DNA of 63,596 bases, filler included, from Octopus bimaculoides (lineage: Eukaryota), in NCBI RefSeq assembly GCF_001194135.2. It is 7 parts of 7 records of this genome, joined end to end, with 100 filler letters (N's around TTAATTAATTAA, not from the genome) between each part and the next. Parts side by side here need not be neighbours in the genome. Positions count along the whole stretch, not along the records: positions 4,637 to 36,624 come from NC_068987.1; 6 more parts are not named here. The stretch is one strand, 5' to 3'. Positions 12,392 to 26,091 of the stretch are shown piece after piece; the stretch's first letter is position 1; each line of letters begins with the position of its first letter. Below the pieces are notes generated by a model. It was given only the letters and a program-made list of their open reading frames with translations, made no database searches and was not told the DNA's origin. Position numbers and translations under genes: made by a program.

Positions 12392-13245
12392 CTGGATGCG
12401 ATGGGTAAATTGTCGTAATGATATATTTTTAATTTCACGTATGTGCATTGTTTCTTTTTGATTTTGACGACTACAAAATATAGTAGGGTTAGTTGGGCAT
12501 CTTCTGTTAGCAAAACAGCAGCACTATGACGCAATTCACTCCTACAGAAGTTTGGAAATGACACGTTGCTTTGTTTGGTATTCGCGCCAGAAGCTCCAAT
12601 ACGAACGTTTCAGAGTGTGTGGGTGGCAATCTGACGACAGCTCAATCTGAAGACATGTACCGAGAGTGATAAAGAACAAACATCCCTTCAACATCATGGT
12701 GCGTGGAGCGACCACTAGTGGTGGCTACGTAACCACCAGTGGTGATACGGAATCTAGATCAAGTGCCTGGAGGAGGTAGTCCTATGTTAAGTGGGTGGCT
12801 GCTGGAAGACTCTATGTCTGGCAACAGAAATATCTGCATTTTGGCACACGTGCAGGAGACCCCAGTCATGGCTGTTAGAGAATTTCTGTGACCGCATCAC
12901 CCTTAACATCTTACCACCTAACTCAACAAACTGCAAGCCTCTTGCTTATTATGTGTCGGGTGCAGTTGAATGAGAGACCTACAACACTGCTTATAACACC
13001 AAAGATGACTGAAAGCAAGGACTATGGCAGCATTCACCAACTTATTCAAAGAGACTGTCCAAAAGAGTTGCAGGAAATTCCGAAGTCGGCTGGAGGTGGT
13101 AGTCGAAGCCAATGGCAATTTTATTGAATAAATTTACTCTTCAGTATTTCAATATATTTTTATGTAATTTTGATAAATATATCTGTTAAAATGAGATGTC
13201 AGTGTTATTTTCATTTTTGTGTAATTTAGACGACAATATATTCAA
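12392..13245 (+). mobile_element. Internally deleted Tc1/mariner (maT-like) transposon, same family as 4785-5393
   Basis: TIR-like ctggatgcgatgggtaaattgtcg follows TA. Frames give ENFCDRITLNILPPNSTNCKPLAYYVSGAVE and RKFRSRLEVVVEANGNFIE. Confidence 0.85.
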
Positions 13246-13252
13246 ACTAAAG

Positions 13253-13315
<63 letters not shown>

Positions 13316-13702
13316 TGTGTGCGTGTCTGTGTGTGTGTGTGTGTGTATCCTTATCTGTAACTAAAATATTATACACATTTATATATAAATGCATGTGTCT
13401 GAAACTGGACCCAAAATATTTTTTTAATCATATATTAAAATTACGCCTTTGTCTATGCTCACTATTTTGTATGAATGATCTGGAATACTTAATATCTAGT
13501 GCTTAAATTTATGCTTGTAAAACCAATCTTACTGAATTACTTGGATTGTTGTATAGAGTGAGTTATGTTTTAATTAAATCATTAGAACGGTTTCTACCTC
13601 CTGTGCTCTGCGATGTCTTACCAAATTTTTTTCATTAAGTCTGCAATAGCAGACTTTGAAGTAATGAAGTAACTAATTTTCTTAACTAATTTTGAACGAG
13701 AG

Positions 13703-13903
13703 CAGTGTAGTGGAAGAGCCGTCAGCACCCAGGACAAAATGTTTGGCGGCATTTCGCTCTTCCGCTCTACGTCATCAGTTCAAATTTAGCCGAGGTCGAC
13801 TCTGTTTTCCATCTTTCAGTTCTGAATAAAATACGTAGGCGTTTGATGCAATTGACTTGCCCCAACCCCAAAACAGCTGGCCTTGAGCCAAAATTTGAAA
13901 CCA
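13703..13903 (+). mobile_element. SINE of the Meta-core-like family, diverged
   Basis: agttcaaatttagccgaggtcgac...ggccttgagccaaaatttgaaacc is homologous to 63326. Confidence 0.65.
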
Positions 13904-16784
13904 ATATTAACTAATGTATGTTGTATCTCGTGGATTACATCATTCAAAATTCGTCAGTCGATGAAAATGGAAACACTCTTAACTCCGCAGTTAAGAGACG
14001 AGATTTAACTGCGGAGGCTTCATTAATAACAAACAGAAACAGTACTTCAACACACATTTATCTCACGTGAAAAAAATATATACTGATACCATACCATTAA
14101 CACGAGAACTACACGCGTTTAAATTTGAAAATTGTAAATTGAAAATGAAAGATTGGAAGTCGCAGAATGTCAACCCAAATATCGTATTACATTTTAGCAT
14201 CGCAGAAAATGCATTATAGGTCTTCTCTCTGATGGAATTCTATATAGTATTTCAATAACAAGTTTATCCAAGTTAGATTTAAAAAACGTCCTTTTACAAG
14301 ATAATAGATCAACCAAAATGAATGGAGCTTATAGGTTTTGTCCAGTGACAACCGATTACGATTAAGCACAATGTGAATTTTCATATAAACAAAGACATAA
14401 GGAATATGCTTTCAGTTTATCTTATTGTTACAGAATTATGTTTACGCTTGACTCAAACAAACCAGCGATTTACAAATTTCATATATGCGTGTATTCCCAT
14501 CGCTCGTTAGTGAATAAGTATTTTACTAGAGATCTCGTCGAAGAGCGTTAACAGCAAAACATTTTGCAGAATCTAACATCAAGAGATATAGGCTAGAAAT
14601 GAAACAAGGAAACACTAGTTGCCTTCATTACACCAAACTTGGTCTATACTATAATTTTGACAAGTATCACTCACCACATTATCACATCTTTTCTTCTCAC
14701 ATTTGTATCCCATTCTTACACGTCTCCTTAAATTCATTGTGTAGATTCACATCTTTCTAATTTGCCTGATGAACTATGGAAATTATATCAAAATACTCCA
14801 TTGTACGCCATTTCTAAAGCCATCTATTTAAATATTGCCGTAGAATTTCGGCATGACGTATCCGTTCCACTAACAGGATGTCACATCAAATTTATCAATA
14901 ATTGACACACCAACTTTATAATATATAAGCTATGATTTGTATATTATAAGGATGTCCCTGTGATTAGAGTATCATTGTCTTATTAAATTGAGCGTAAACA
15001 TTTATGTGCTGTTAAACCAGTAAATATATGGCTAGCAATCACTCAGACAAATCGATATATATTTATCGTAATATACGGAAATCGTAAATGCCACTTCACA
15101 TCTTATCAGCTTAGAATATATTTGGAAGATCGTATTTGAAAGTGTGATAATTATTCAGGATAGAGCTAGTGTGCTATGTCAGCTTAGGAAACATTCAGAA
15201 GTATTGTTGTTACCGTAGTTACCGATATTGTTTAAAGCTAGAATATCCTGATTGGGTATACCCGTGATCATAAATGTTCTAGACATTATTGTCCCTTCAC
15301 CTTTTAGTCATGATATTAAGAGGACCGGGCAGCAGGATAAAATTTAACAAATATTTATTTACTATTTCTAGCATTTCGAACGGCTGCCTTCCTCAGTAGC
15401 TGCAGGGATATGTGCACGTATATAGTACTTAGGCTATATTTATCTTCATACTTTACTCGATTTCGTCTACAACAGCGCAGGTGACAGGAAATTATCTCTC
15501 TATGTTTCAGTCCAATGTCAGACATATATTCAATTCTGCCGAAGCTTTTGTAAAGAAATAATGAAAGAAAAACATAAAAATGTTTAAAGCTGGAAAAAAT
15601 AAACACTAAACGAATGTAAAACACATTTTCACTTGCAATGAAAGCTTACAGTATACTATAATCAAAGGTTGTCTGGTGACATATGCTATTCATTTACAGC
15701 AAAATGTCGAACAGTATACAAGCACATACAATGAGAGCAACACATATGTAAATATATAAACACGCAAAAGACAGACTATGTAAATATTACTGGAGACACA
15801 TTATTATTGAATATTAGATGAAATAATTCCCAAGATTGTTTTTTATTAGAAATATATTTAGTCACATGAATAATTTTGATCGATTTATGGAACTAAAAGA
15901 GAGTTTCAAAATTGCAATATATATATACAGTTATTTTGTATGTACTAAAATATGTAGAGTTTATTAATATATAATATTTCTATTGTAGAAAGGAAAATAA
16001 TACAATCGTTGATTAAAGCAACACATACAATCGCTTTTTTTTAATCATATGATAGAGAACGTCTGGTATTTATGTTACATAATGGTTTATTTCAGCTTAC
16101 GTTACTCCAGTAATAACCAAATAACAAATTCTTATGTGAAGGGTTGACATTTAATAGCTTATTGTGTTATCCTTAATTTCCGCCGAAATTCGTAGGGCGT
16201 GTTTTCATATTATTACACACTAATAATATAATTTACTGTCAGTGTTAGGAAATAGGGAAAGTTTCCGAATATATCTTGATTCGATTAATACTGTACATCT
16301 CTGTTAATGTTCATTCTATGTGTTCCACTTGTTCCTTTAAACATGATTTCTATGGTTCCAGTTATTGCATAGATTTCTACTGAAAATAATGTATTCCCTT
16401 ATGAATTTGCTCGTTCTAAGTTACTTTTCAGTTACCTTGTCATCCATTTCTGTGTTTGAGAACGCATCTATTTATAAATTAAACCCATTTTTTGAAACAA
16501 ATAACGTGCGGTTAGCCTAACAATGACGTTTGTTAGGTTTTATTATTTGTTAATAGCATATATCACTTATCTGTTATGTTTCGGTCAGAAGCATAACAGA
16601 AGCTTGCAGAGTTTATAGGAATCGAACGAATCAACCGAAATGCTTTGTATTTTTGAAAGCTGGAACATATTCTATCGGACACTTGTGCCGAAACGCTAAA
16701 TCAAAGGGCCGTCAACAAACCAACACCGGTTATCAGGTGGTATTTCGAGACAAAAACACAAAGACAAGCATACCCACGCACGTG

Positions 16785-16824
<40 letters not shown>

Positions 16825-19197
16825 NNNNNNNNNNNNNNNNNNNNNNNNNNNNNNNNNNNNNNNNNNNNNNNNNNNNNNNNNNNNNNNNNNNNNNNNNNNN
16901 NNNNNNNNNNNNNNNNNNNNNNNNNNNNNNNNNNNNNNNNNNNNNNNNNNNNNNNNNNNNNNNNNNNNNNNNNNNNNNNNNNNNNNNNNNNNNNNNNNNN
17001 NNNNNNNNNNNNNNNNNNNNNNNNNNNNNNNNNNNNNNNNNNNNNNNNNNNNNNNNNNNNNNNNNNNNNNNNNNNNNNNNNNNNNNNNNNNNNNNNNNNN
17101 NNNNNNNNNNNNNNNNNNNNNNNNNNNNNNNNNNNNNNNNNNNNNNNNNNNNNNNNNNNNNNNNNNNNNNNNNNNNNNNNNNNNNNNNNNNNNNNNNNNN
17201 NNNNNNNNNNNNNNNNNNNNNNNNNNNNNNNNNNNNNNNNNNNNNNNNNNNNNNNNNNNNNNNNNNNNNNNNNNNNNNNNNNNNNNNNNNNNNNNNNNNN
17301 NNNNNNNNNNNNNNNNNNNNNNNNNNNNNNNNNNNNNNNNNNNNNNNNNNNNNNNNNNNNNNNNNNNNNNNNNNNNNNNNNNNNNNNNNNNNNNNNNNNN
17401 NNNNNNNNNNNNNNNNNNNNNNNNNNNNNNNNNNNNNNNNNNNNNNNNNNNNNNNNNNNNNNNNNNNNNNNNNNNNNNNNNNNNNNNNNNNNNNNNNNNN
17501 NNNNNNNNNNNNNNNNNNNNNNNNNNNNNNNNNNNNNNNNNNNNNNNNNNATATATATGCGTGTGTGTATGAGTGTGTGTGATTCTGTCTACTAAATTTG
17601 GTAGGCCCGAGGCTACAGCAGAAGCCACTTGCCCAATTACTCAAGTTGCCACGTTATGGTAGTGAACTCCGAACCGTGTGATTACCACACCAAACAGTCA
17701 TGTCTGCACCTATATATGTAAGGTTTAGAGAAAAATAATCCCATAATATTCGGGTTTTACTTGACAAAATATTATATTTGAAGTCTGACACATCGAAATG
17801 TTTCGAAACAATTACATAATAAATCAAATTGTGTTTAAAAGAACACATTAGAATGAAGCAACACAATAATAGTATGCAAAATTCACGCAACAAATAAATA
17901 TTCAGCATACAGACATTGCAGCAGTTATTCAGAAAAAATAGCAATGAAATATTTACAATTATACCGCCATATTAATTTCCAAAAACATGTCGTGTCAACT
18001 TAAATAATTGCTGTTAACCCAGCGTGATTTAATATTTTCTGATAAGCATCAAAATAATTTCAAATGTTTAATCAAAGTTGCAGCAACAATCTGATGTTTA
18101 TGAATCATGGATTTTGCTTTTGTCAGTGTCTGTACTGATCGTAATTCTTAAAATTTCTTGATTCTAAAAGTCAACTATTATGCATTCAGTTGCTAACTGT
18201 GACTATTACACAATACATTGGAAATCAATGTTTCACTGATTCAGTGTTCCAATATATGGTATCCTTAACTAAGTATTTGATCGAACGTAAACAGAAGGTT
18301 AACATTCGCTGGTTAGGATGTTTACGATTCCCAAGAACACATATCTTTAGGTTTGACTTCCGATACTTTTTATGAGCAACAGAATGTTCAATGAAAAAAA
18401 AAATGTTACAAAGGTAGTCGACTGAAGCAGTGAAAATTACCCGTGACTGGTCTGAGCCGAAATATATTCTCATAGATATTCACATATTTAGCTGTAATAT
18501 AGCATCAACACTTTCAAATATATTTGCTTCTTCATTAGACATCTACTTCCATACGGTTACAAAATTGCGGTTATAGGTAAGATTGTCCAATAATGACTTA
18601 AAATCCTAAAATCCTTTTGTCACCATTTATAAAATTTTCAAATATAGCCCTATAGATAATCCGCATAATAGTTTCTAAGTATGCAATAGTCGACATATGC
18701 TAGTAAACCCTGTCTATTACACTGGCCATTTAGTTCAGTGTGTAACAGTATAAAAGACATCGTTGACATATCAATGAGTTACTCTGTATTATGGCAGTGA
18801 TTAAAACAGCTACATTTCTTCACTTGCATATATTCCAAAGTCTATACATTTTTTGGCTATAGTAGTTTAATCAAGTTTTGTTCGTTTATTGCAGATGGGT
18901 AGTGTACTCAGCGACAATGGATTTTTAGAGATTCATTTGGACATGAGAAGAATCCCCCGAATGCAAAAAAAGTAGTCGTACTTCATTTATGTGATAAGAC
19001 TGCGAATTTAAAATAAGATTAAATAAAATAAAACTAAATTTATCGAATCGAGGTATGTCAGATACGAATGTCTTCAGCATTTTCTTTCAAATAAATAATA
19101 TTTTTGAACTGAAAAATGATATTAATTGTCAGATACGAGTGCAGAAATCACATCGTGCAAGTAAAAGTGTGTATATGACATTCAACAGAAATTGATT

Positions 19198-19310
19198 CGT
19201 GGCTGTGTTGGTACAGTCGTGACAGGGTTAAGAAGTTTGCTTCCCAACCACATGGTTCCAATTTCAGACGCACAGCGTGACACCGTGGGCAAGTGCGTTC
19301 TACAATATAT
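19198..19310 (+). mobile_element. Truncated CORE-like SINE
   Basis: aagaagtttgcttcccaaccacatggttcc...gtgggcaagtgcgttctac. Confidence 0.65.
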
Positions 19311-19349
19311 ATATATGGTTATTTCATCATGTTGAACCGCTAATCCCTA

Positions 19350-19465
19350 CACACTATTTTCTTTCCCTGTTCTTTGTTTTCATCCTTAATCCTTTCTGTC
19401 GAACAGCGTATGCTCAAGACGTAAGAGACTTTTCCAGTCTTCCCGTGCGTCAAATTAATACACCT
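19350..19465 (+). mobile_element. Diverged copy of the Penelope-like terminus at 100-262
   Basis: cctttctgtcgaacagcgtatgctcaagacgtaagagac aligns to ctttctgttgaagagcgtagctcgaaacgtcaaagac; the GAAA box is mutated. Confidence 0.65.
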
Positions 19466-21980
19466 GCTTACCGTGAGTGCTGCAGCGAGCAAAGCGTCAT
19501 CAGACTTGAAACAACAACTTACCGAGATGCGTACATGACAGAAAATGTTCTGGCCTGGACTTTTGAAGGTCATTGTTTTCCTCGACCTAATAAGAATATG
19601 TTCTCTTTCACCAATACGACTGAGCTAACCATGTGGGAGTATTCATGTATTATCTAATCATGAAGCTTGAAGAAGCTCCATATATTGATAAGATACATTG
19701 AAGGCGGTGCTGTCGTGTGGCCATAGTTCAATAACTAGAGATTAACTTAATCAAAAGAAAACTTGATTATAACTTTTACAGCCGTAAAAACAATCTAGAT
19801 ACACATTATCCAGAGACTTTCTTCCTTTATTCTAATGAGAGTATGTTATGATTTGATGAAATATTGATTGACATTTTCTGAAGGCTATTTTGTGGTTTCC
19901 TATATTAATTGGTATCACTTCTATTGTAGAAAGTTAATTGTGGTTGATCAGTGTAAACTTCTGGTCACCGTATTAGTGGCTTTATACTTGGAAACTTTCC
20001 TGTATTTCGTATAATAACTGTTATTTTTATTGGCAACAAATATTGACTCTCAAAACATCCATAAATATATTCCGTCTTACGTATGCGTATATGTACATAT
20101 ACATAACGTACAATTACTAAACAAATTTTAATAATAAAATAATTTTAAAATACAATTAATCCGGAAGCAGATCTACAAAAATAACATTTGTTCGCCATCT
20201 ATTTTACAAGTTAAAACCGTATTGATAGAAAAAAACATTGAAGTATATCCGTGTAAATAGAAAATAGATTAAACAGTTTATACATGTAAATATATTCCCC
20301 AAGTTAATATAATTTAAATTACATAACTTCCTTTCGATACGAATTTTAACAAATATAAACGAAAAAAACTCTTAACTTATAAAATGTGTTTACAGCCATT
20401 GATATAGTTGACATGAACATATTTTGTTCAGTTCTTAATATTTAAATTGATTGTATTAGCAATACACACATTAAATTATCATAGATAAAACAGCTAAATT
20501 TTCTTTACTGACATTTTATCGGAAGATTGCATTTTTATATTTAATTAGAATACATATTTTCGCTACTTTAGAATATGTTAAGAGGTAAACCTATTTATAA
20601 ATAGCCATGCAATTCTATGCTGCGGTACAAAGTTAAATCTTTCAAACACGAGAATCTAAAATAAATTGTAACAAACACGATAGACGTTATTTTCTGAGCT
20701 TCATGGCCGAATGAAGGTAATGACCGACGTCTGGAGTAGAAGAGCTTACCGTAGGCAATTAAGGAATTAACAAATAAAAACAACGGCAAATGTTGTGACA
20801 CATATTATCGATGGTAGATCAAGAGATTAATATCAATCAAAATAATATATCTAATTATCGCTTTCTGTATCAAGCATTCTATCCTGGCTCTACTTAACGA
20901 GAGTAAATCGTTCCTTAAGTGTTTCTATCTATTGAAACTACAACAGATGTAAATTACTTCAGAGGAATGTTCCTGCATTTTAAATACTTATACGATAGTT
21001 CTTTTCCATGTAATATCGGGATTCATGAATATTTTGATCATCTTGGATTATTCAAGAGATTAACTGATACACCCAGACTATAAAAATTCTAATATCACAG
21101 AAATGGACATCTATACGATCCGTTAATCGCATCGTGGGAACAATAGAGACACTGATGTAGGTGTTGTCACTAAAACAGAATATTAAAAGCATAAGAAGTA
21201 AGTTTATCTCTGTTATTGTTACTGACTAAATTCTGAGCGGAAAATGTTTATCTAAGGAATTTTAATGATTTAAAAGAACAGTGTTTTCACCTTTTCACTT
21301 CAGCAACCAGATATCCTTCAATATGCATTGCTTCTGCTATCAACTAATCTTATTGAAATTATTGCCTTTTGTTTTCCAAATTTTTAAACATTTCTACAGG
21401 AAATTTTTGGTAACTAGTTACTGGGATATTCTTCTGCAATTGAATGTGGTGTAAGAATTCTGCATAAGCTTGAATCGGTTTTGTATGGATGAAAAAGTAG
21501 TATAACTTTTCAGGCAATTTCCATTTAAGTTTTTATAAGCATTTACATATTGAATTTACTTCAGACAAATTCTGATTTGCATAAGAATGTTTTATTGATT
21601 ATTTTCTTAATCAAAGAAGACACAAGTTTGCTCATGATATTCCGCTGTGCTTTCGACGTACGTAGACAGAATGTGTGAAAGTATTGCAAAAAGGAGACGT
21701 GTTCCTAAGGATACTTACAGAATAACATTCACTAAAGAATACTAAGAATCGGAGACCGTTGGAGAATTACAACGGCGATAAAGTGAGTCTATCATCCTAA
21801 ATACTGTTGTATTGTGTGCTTGTATATGATAATATCCATGGCACTCCAAAACCGAAAACGTGTTTATGAAACGCAGCAGCAGTGGATATAGAGTGTTGAA
21901 TATAGAATGTACGTCTATAAGTTAGATATGTTTTCAGTCGAGTATAGAGCGGTAACTAGAAGAGAGATGACGTAGCATTA

Positions 21981-22233
21981 AACGATTATCTGATAAACTC
22001 CATTAGCCTACAGCTGTTTCCACAAAAATATGCGACGGACTCATAGTTGGGTGCCTGAGTAACACCTTAGAGTTTCATCAGATCCTCAAACATGTAGTGC
22101 TATCATGAAGAGGCACTTCGTGTTCGAGGCTCTGATGAAGCTGTAAGGTGTTACTGAGACACTCAACCATGATTCCGACTCATCCTGTTGTGGAAACAGC
22201 TGTAAGCTAATAAAGCTCATAAGATAATTCGTT
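21981..22233. mobile_element. Palindromic (hairpin) element of about 250 bp
   Basis: The two halves are reverse complements: cagctgtttccac/gtggaaacagctg and gtaacaccttagagtttcatcaga/tctgatgaagctgtaaggtgttac, with a loop near 22101-22112. Confidence 0.85.
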
Positions 22234-23852
22234 ATTTATCACTTGTCGTCTCTTTTCTTTCTTTTTTTCATACACACACACATTAAAATGCTTCATATTT
22301 CTTCAGATATGTATTCGTGAATAGACGACAAGGAAAGTTTCTTTATTCTCTAAACGTCCAACTGAATGATTTTCTGAGTTACAAAGTTGTGCTTATTTCT
22401 TGAAATCTACAGCAAATGACTTCTGTAATTTTATGGTCCTTAATTATACGATCAATGATCGAAGTAATTTCACCGTCTAATCGCATTCTTTTCAAGTGTA
22501 GAACGAGATGGTGTATCCGAAAATCGATCAATTTTCGTTAATATACATCTAATGAAAAGTTAGTAAAGAAAAACCTAAATAATTAAACGTGTTTCTTTTG
22601 CTTTGATTTTTCCATATTCCTATGTCACTTTATTCAAATTTCGGTAGATGTGGGTCTTTTAAACTAGAATTTTTAAGTATCCGCTTGATGTTTGCAACAG
22701 CAATCTCTATAAATGATAACAGTAATATGTATCGATTCAAGATTATTTATCAATGATATGGTGTGTGAATGTTGTCACGTGATAAATGAATGTGTCATAG
22801 AGCTAGTTTTAACTATCGAGAGGATGCGGATTTTATAGCCACTTTACACATATAAACACATTCCTTTTGCATTAGCATTTTAAATATTGAACAATGACTG
22901 TCATTATTGAACGAAAATCCTTATCTTTAAGACATCAAATAAAATGGGGTCTTTCTTACAAGCTGACAAGCATTCATCTTGAAGAGAAATATTCAAAGTT
23001 TTATGTAATGGCGATTACATGCAATAAATCGTGGTTTCAATCACACCAAGATATCTTAATTAATTTCAAAGTTTTCCAGTCTTATTTAATACCTCACTCC
23101 CTAGCAACCACACAATTTGATTATGCTGGCTCCTATTCAAATCTTTTCTTCGATTGATCTTTGTCAGAATGTTTAGTGTTATGCAAACTCAATCAACCCA
23201 CTGTCAATTATCTTCGATGAGAATATTTGATTTAAATCTGTTATCTATGGGACTTCTTGACACACTACCAAGCTATTAAATATGCTTTATGACGGAATAG
23301 GCAACAACATTCAATGTCCGTCTCCAAATGAATTATGCACATTAATATAGTTTCGTTTATTTCTAAATATATCGGGAATTCCGGTGTTGTATGAGTTATT
23401 GTGCATGATATGGGAAATCTTCCGCACTAAGTAATATAGGCCTCAATACTGATATTCATATGTAGACAATATTCCTATACAGTATATCTAAGAATTCCAA
23501 TAAAAGTTGTGTAAATTTATAAATTATCTGTTCCCTATTAAATATATTTTCATAACAATTTCAATTTTAAGTATGAAAACCAAATATTAGAGATTATTAG
23601 TTAACCTCGTATAACGGTTTTCTTGAAAATCTTTAAAGAATGCAGATCAGCTTTATTTGAATTTTATGTTGAAGTTAATCTTCTGATATTTTGAAAGTCA
23701 TGAAGCATAATAATTCTAGAGTTAGGAAGTAATTGTGTTATTGTTTATTTTACTCGATACAACAGTTCAGCCCGTATAAGACCTAGATAGATGTATTAAT
23801 TTGAAAATTGTATTTCAGACGACGAAGAGTAGTAGGTGGAGCGATAAGTGTT

Positions 23853-23941
23853 GAAGAAGAAGAAGAAGAAGAAGAAGAAGAAGAAGAAGAAGAAGAAGAA
23901 GAAGAAGAAGAAGAAGAAGAAGAAAATAATAATAATAATAA
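23853..23941. repeat. (GAA)n then (AAT)n microsatellite
   Basis: Direct reading. Confidence 0.95.
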
Positions 23942-24049
23942 GAAGAAGAATTAGATGTGTGGAACAGACGTTTTATTTTACTTAATTTCCGTGACATACG
24001 TTAAAGGGACAGGAATATTAATGCGTAGCCCCAACTAAAAAAATTGTAT

Positions 24050-24450
24050 AGTACCTTTCATGGATGGATGGCCACAGGATATGGTATGCATAACGCTTAT
24101 GGCAGTGTGCCCCAAAACATCATTTGCATTGTACGCGACCGATTAAAACGTTCCCGCGGTGACTCAGTCGCAAGTACCGATTGGGACAAATACGGAGAAC
24201 CAAAAGCCAAATGGCATTTGAAGGTCACCGGATCACATATTCTCACGCATTTTGTGGTGGACCTGTATCTTGTGTCTCCGTAAACTAAACATCTGAACTC
24301 AAACCCTTGCAACTTGAGTTGCTCGGCCATGTTTTACATCGATCTGCTGTAGTGACTGTTGGGGATATCGTGAATCCGCTGGACGACATCAGCATTTCTA
24401 ACGACTAGCCACAGAAAACACGGCCTCACCACAATGCACCAGGGTTTTTG
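24050..24450 (-). pseudogene. Heavily decayed mariner-like transposase C-terminal relic
   Basis: Minus frame IHDIPNSHYSRSM*NMAEQLKLQGFEF loosely resembles the mariner LHDNAxPH...LxxLGFE segment, and RERFN...FWGTLP follows it. Weak similarity. Confidence 0.35.
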
Positions 24451-25918
24451 TTTCCATTTTGCCACAATGATCGTTCAAATTTCAATACTTATAACAAAGC
24501 AAAAGCATATGAATACAAATTTACAATTATAGAATATCATTTTTGCCAATACAATGACGAAGTGTACGGTTTCTAATCGTTCGACAAAGGATATTTCTGA
24601 CTCCACATGCGGCTCAGAATCATTCGGAGTTATAGAAGGAAATGTACTACGTTACAATATAGTGATAGATTTACCTCTAAACAGAAGTTCGCACAAGATG
24701 TTATTTTTTTACCAAAAATACGCGCTATCAGGGTTGCTTAAATGTAGCCAACCAATAACAACTACAACAAAGAAAACAATTGACACAATATAATGCATTG
24801 TGAAGGAGATGACTAAATATATTTTTAGAAAAAAACATCGCTCATAGCTTTCTATGTATTGATAAAACAAGACTGAAATGGCATTGTTAGGTGTTTCTTT
24901 GCAAACTGTTCGCAGATTCTGCTTTGCTTTCATGTTTAAATCAAAAGTTTACGCCATATCTATTATCATACCAATCTGTAATTTCATATACACTTATCAG
25001 TCTGTCTTGGTTGTATTTTTTGCCATCTTGCTGATGGAAAAATCCAATGGATATCTTAATGTCCTAGTGCAAAAAGGTTCTTAGCAAAATATTAAGCCTC
25101 AGATAAGTGGGGGTTTTTCTAAATCCCTTTAATAATTGATCACTAATCGCTTAGTTTGCTTACAGTTCTATTGGAGTAGCGTAAAATAACTTACCTTGTA
25201 AAAAAAAAACAAAGTATCAGTGATGGTAAAAGAAGTAATATTAATGTTGGCCGGTAGTGTTTGTCTCACATGAATTGACACCTAGACAATATATTTCTGG
25301 CACATTAGACTCATAATATTTGCTTAATATTTGGAATTCCTCTCAGTTTGTAGTATTGTATAACCGGAATACAGTATTTCATACAGATTTTCATATCAAT
25401 AGTACTACTTACGCAAAGTTTGTTATTCGAACATATATAGAAATTTATATATGAAATTCTAAATACATGAGGCATCAATATAATCCTTTACTGTTATTCC
25501 ATCTTACTGGAAATAAAATCCTATATGTTCAAGGTCTTCTTGAATGCTTAGCACGAGGATTCTCGCAACAAGTTCGGGTAAATGGGACCAGATACAGTAC
25601 CCTCCAAACAGAATGGCTTAAACAATTCCATCGACGATAAACCGCATTCTGCCGCAAATCATGGTTAATTAAAATGATGTTCTGCCGTAATACGTGGAAT
25701 TTCATATCACCATTCAGCGCAACTGTGGGAGTTAATTTAGCCATTTAATGTAGGTGTAACGTCATCACTATAAGTTTTACAAGAGTCACTTGTAACCCTT
25801 ATCGAGTTGAGACAGTATTTTTGCGATGGGGAACATGTTGTTGAACTAACAACTGACTGAGGAGTGGTTACATGTATTACTTTGGGTTCTTTTCATACTT
25901 TGCTATACTTACAGAGTA

Positions 25919-26091
25919 GACGGTGAGCTGGCATTCCTCTGTCATAGCGTTCTGAGTTGCAATACCACTGAGATCGACTTTGCCTTTCATTCTTTCGGGG
26001 TCGATAAATTAATTACCAATTCAGCTATGAAGTTGGTGTAATCGATTTAACCCTCCCTGAAATTGCTGACCTTGTGGCAAAATTTGAAACC
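25919..26091 (+). mobile_element. Meta-core-like SINE
   Basis: gatcgactttgcctttcattctttcggggtcgataaattaattacca. Confidence 0.75.

Noticed and set aside
15361-15400. Minus-strand CTGAGGA...GAAATGCTAG as a hammerhead
   Set aside because: The boxes are present, but the spacing leaves no valid stem III, cleavage triplet and stem I combination.
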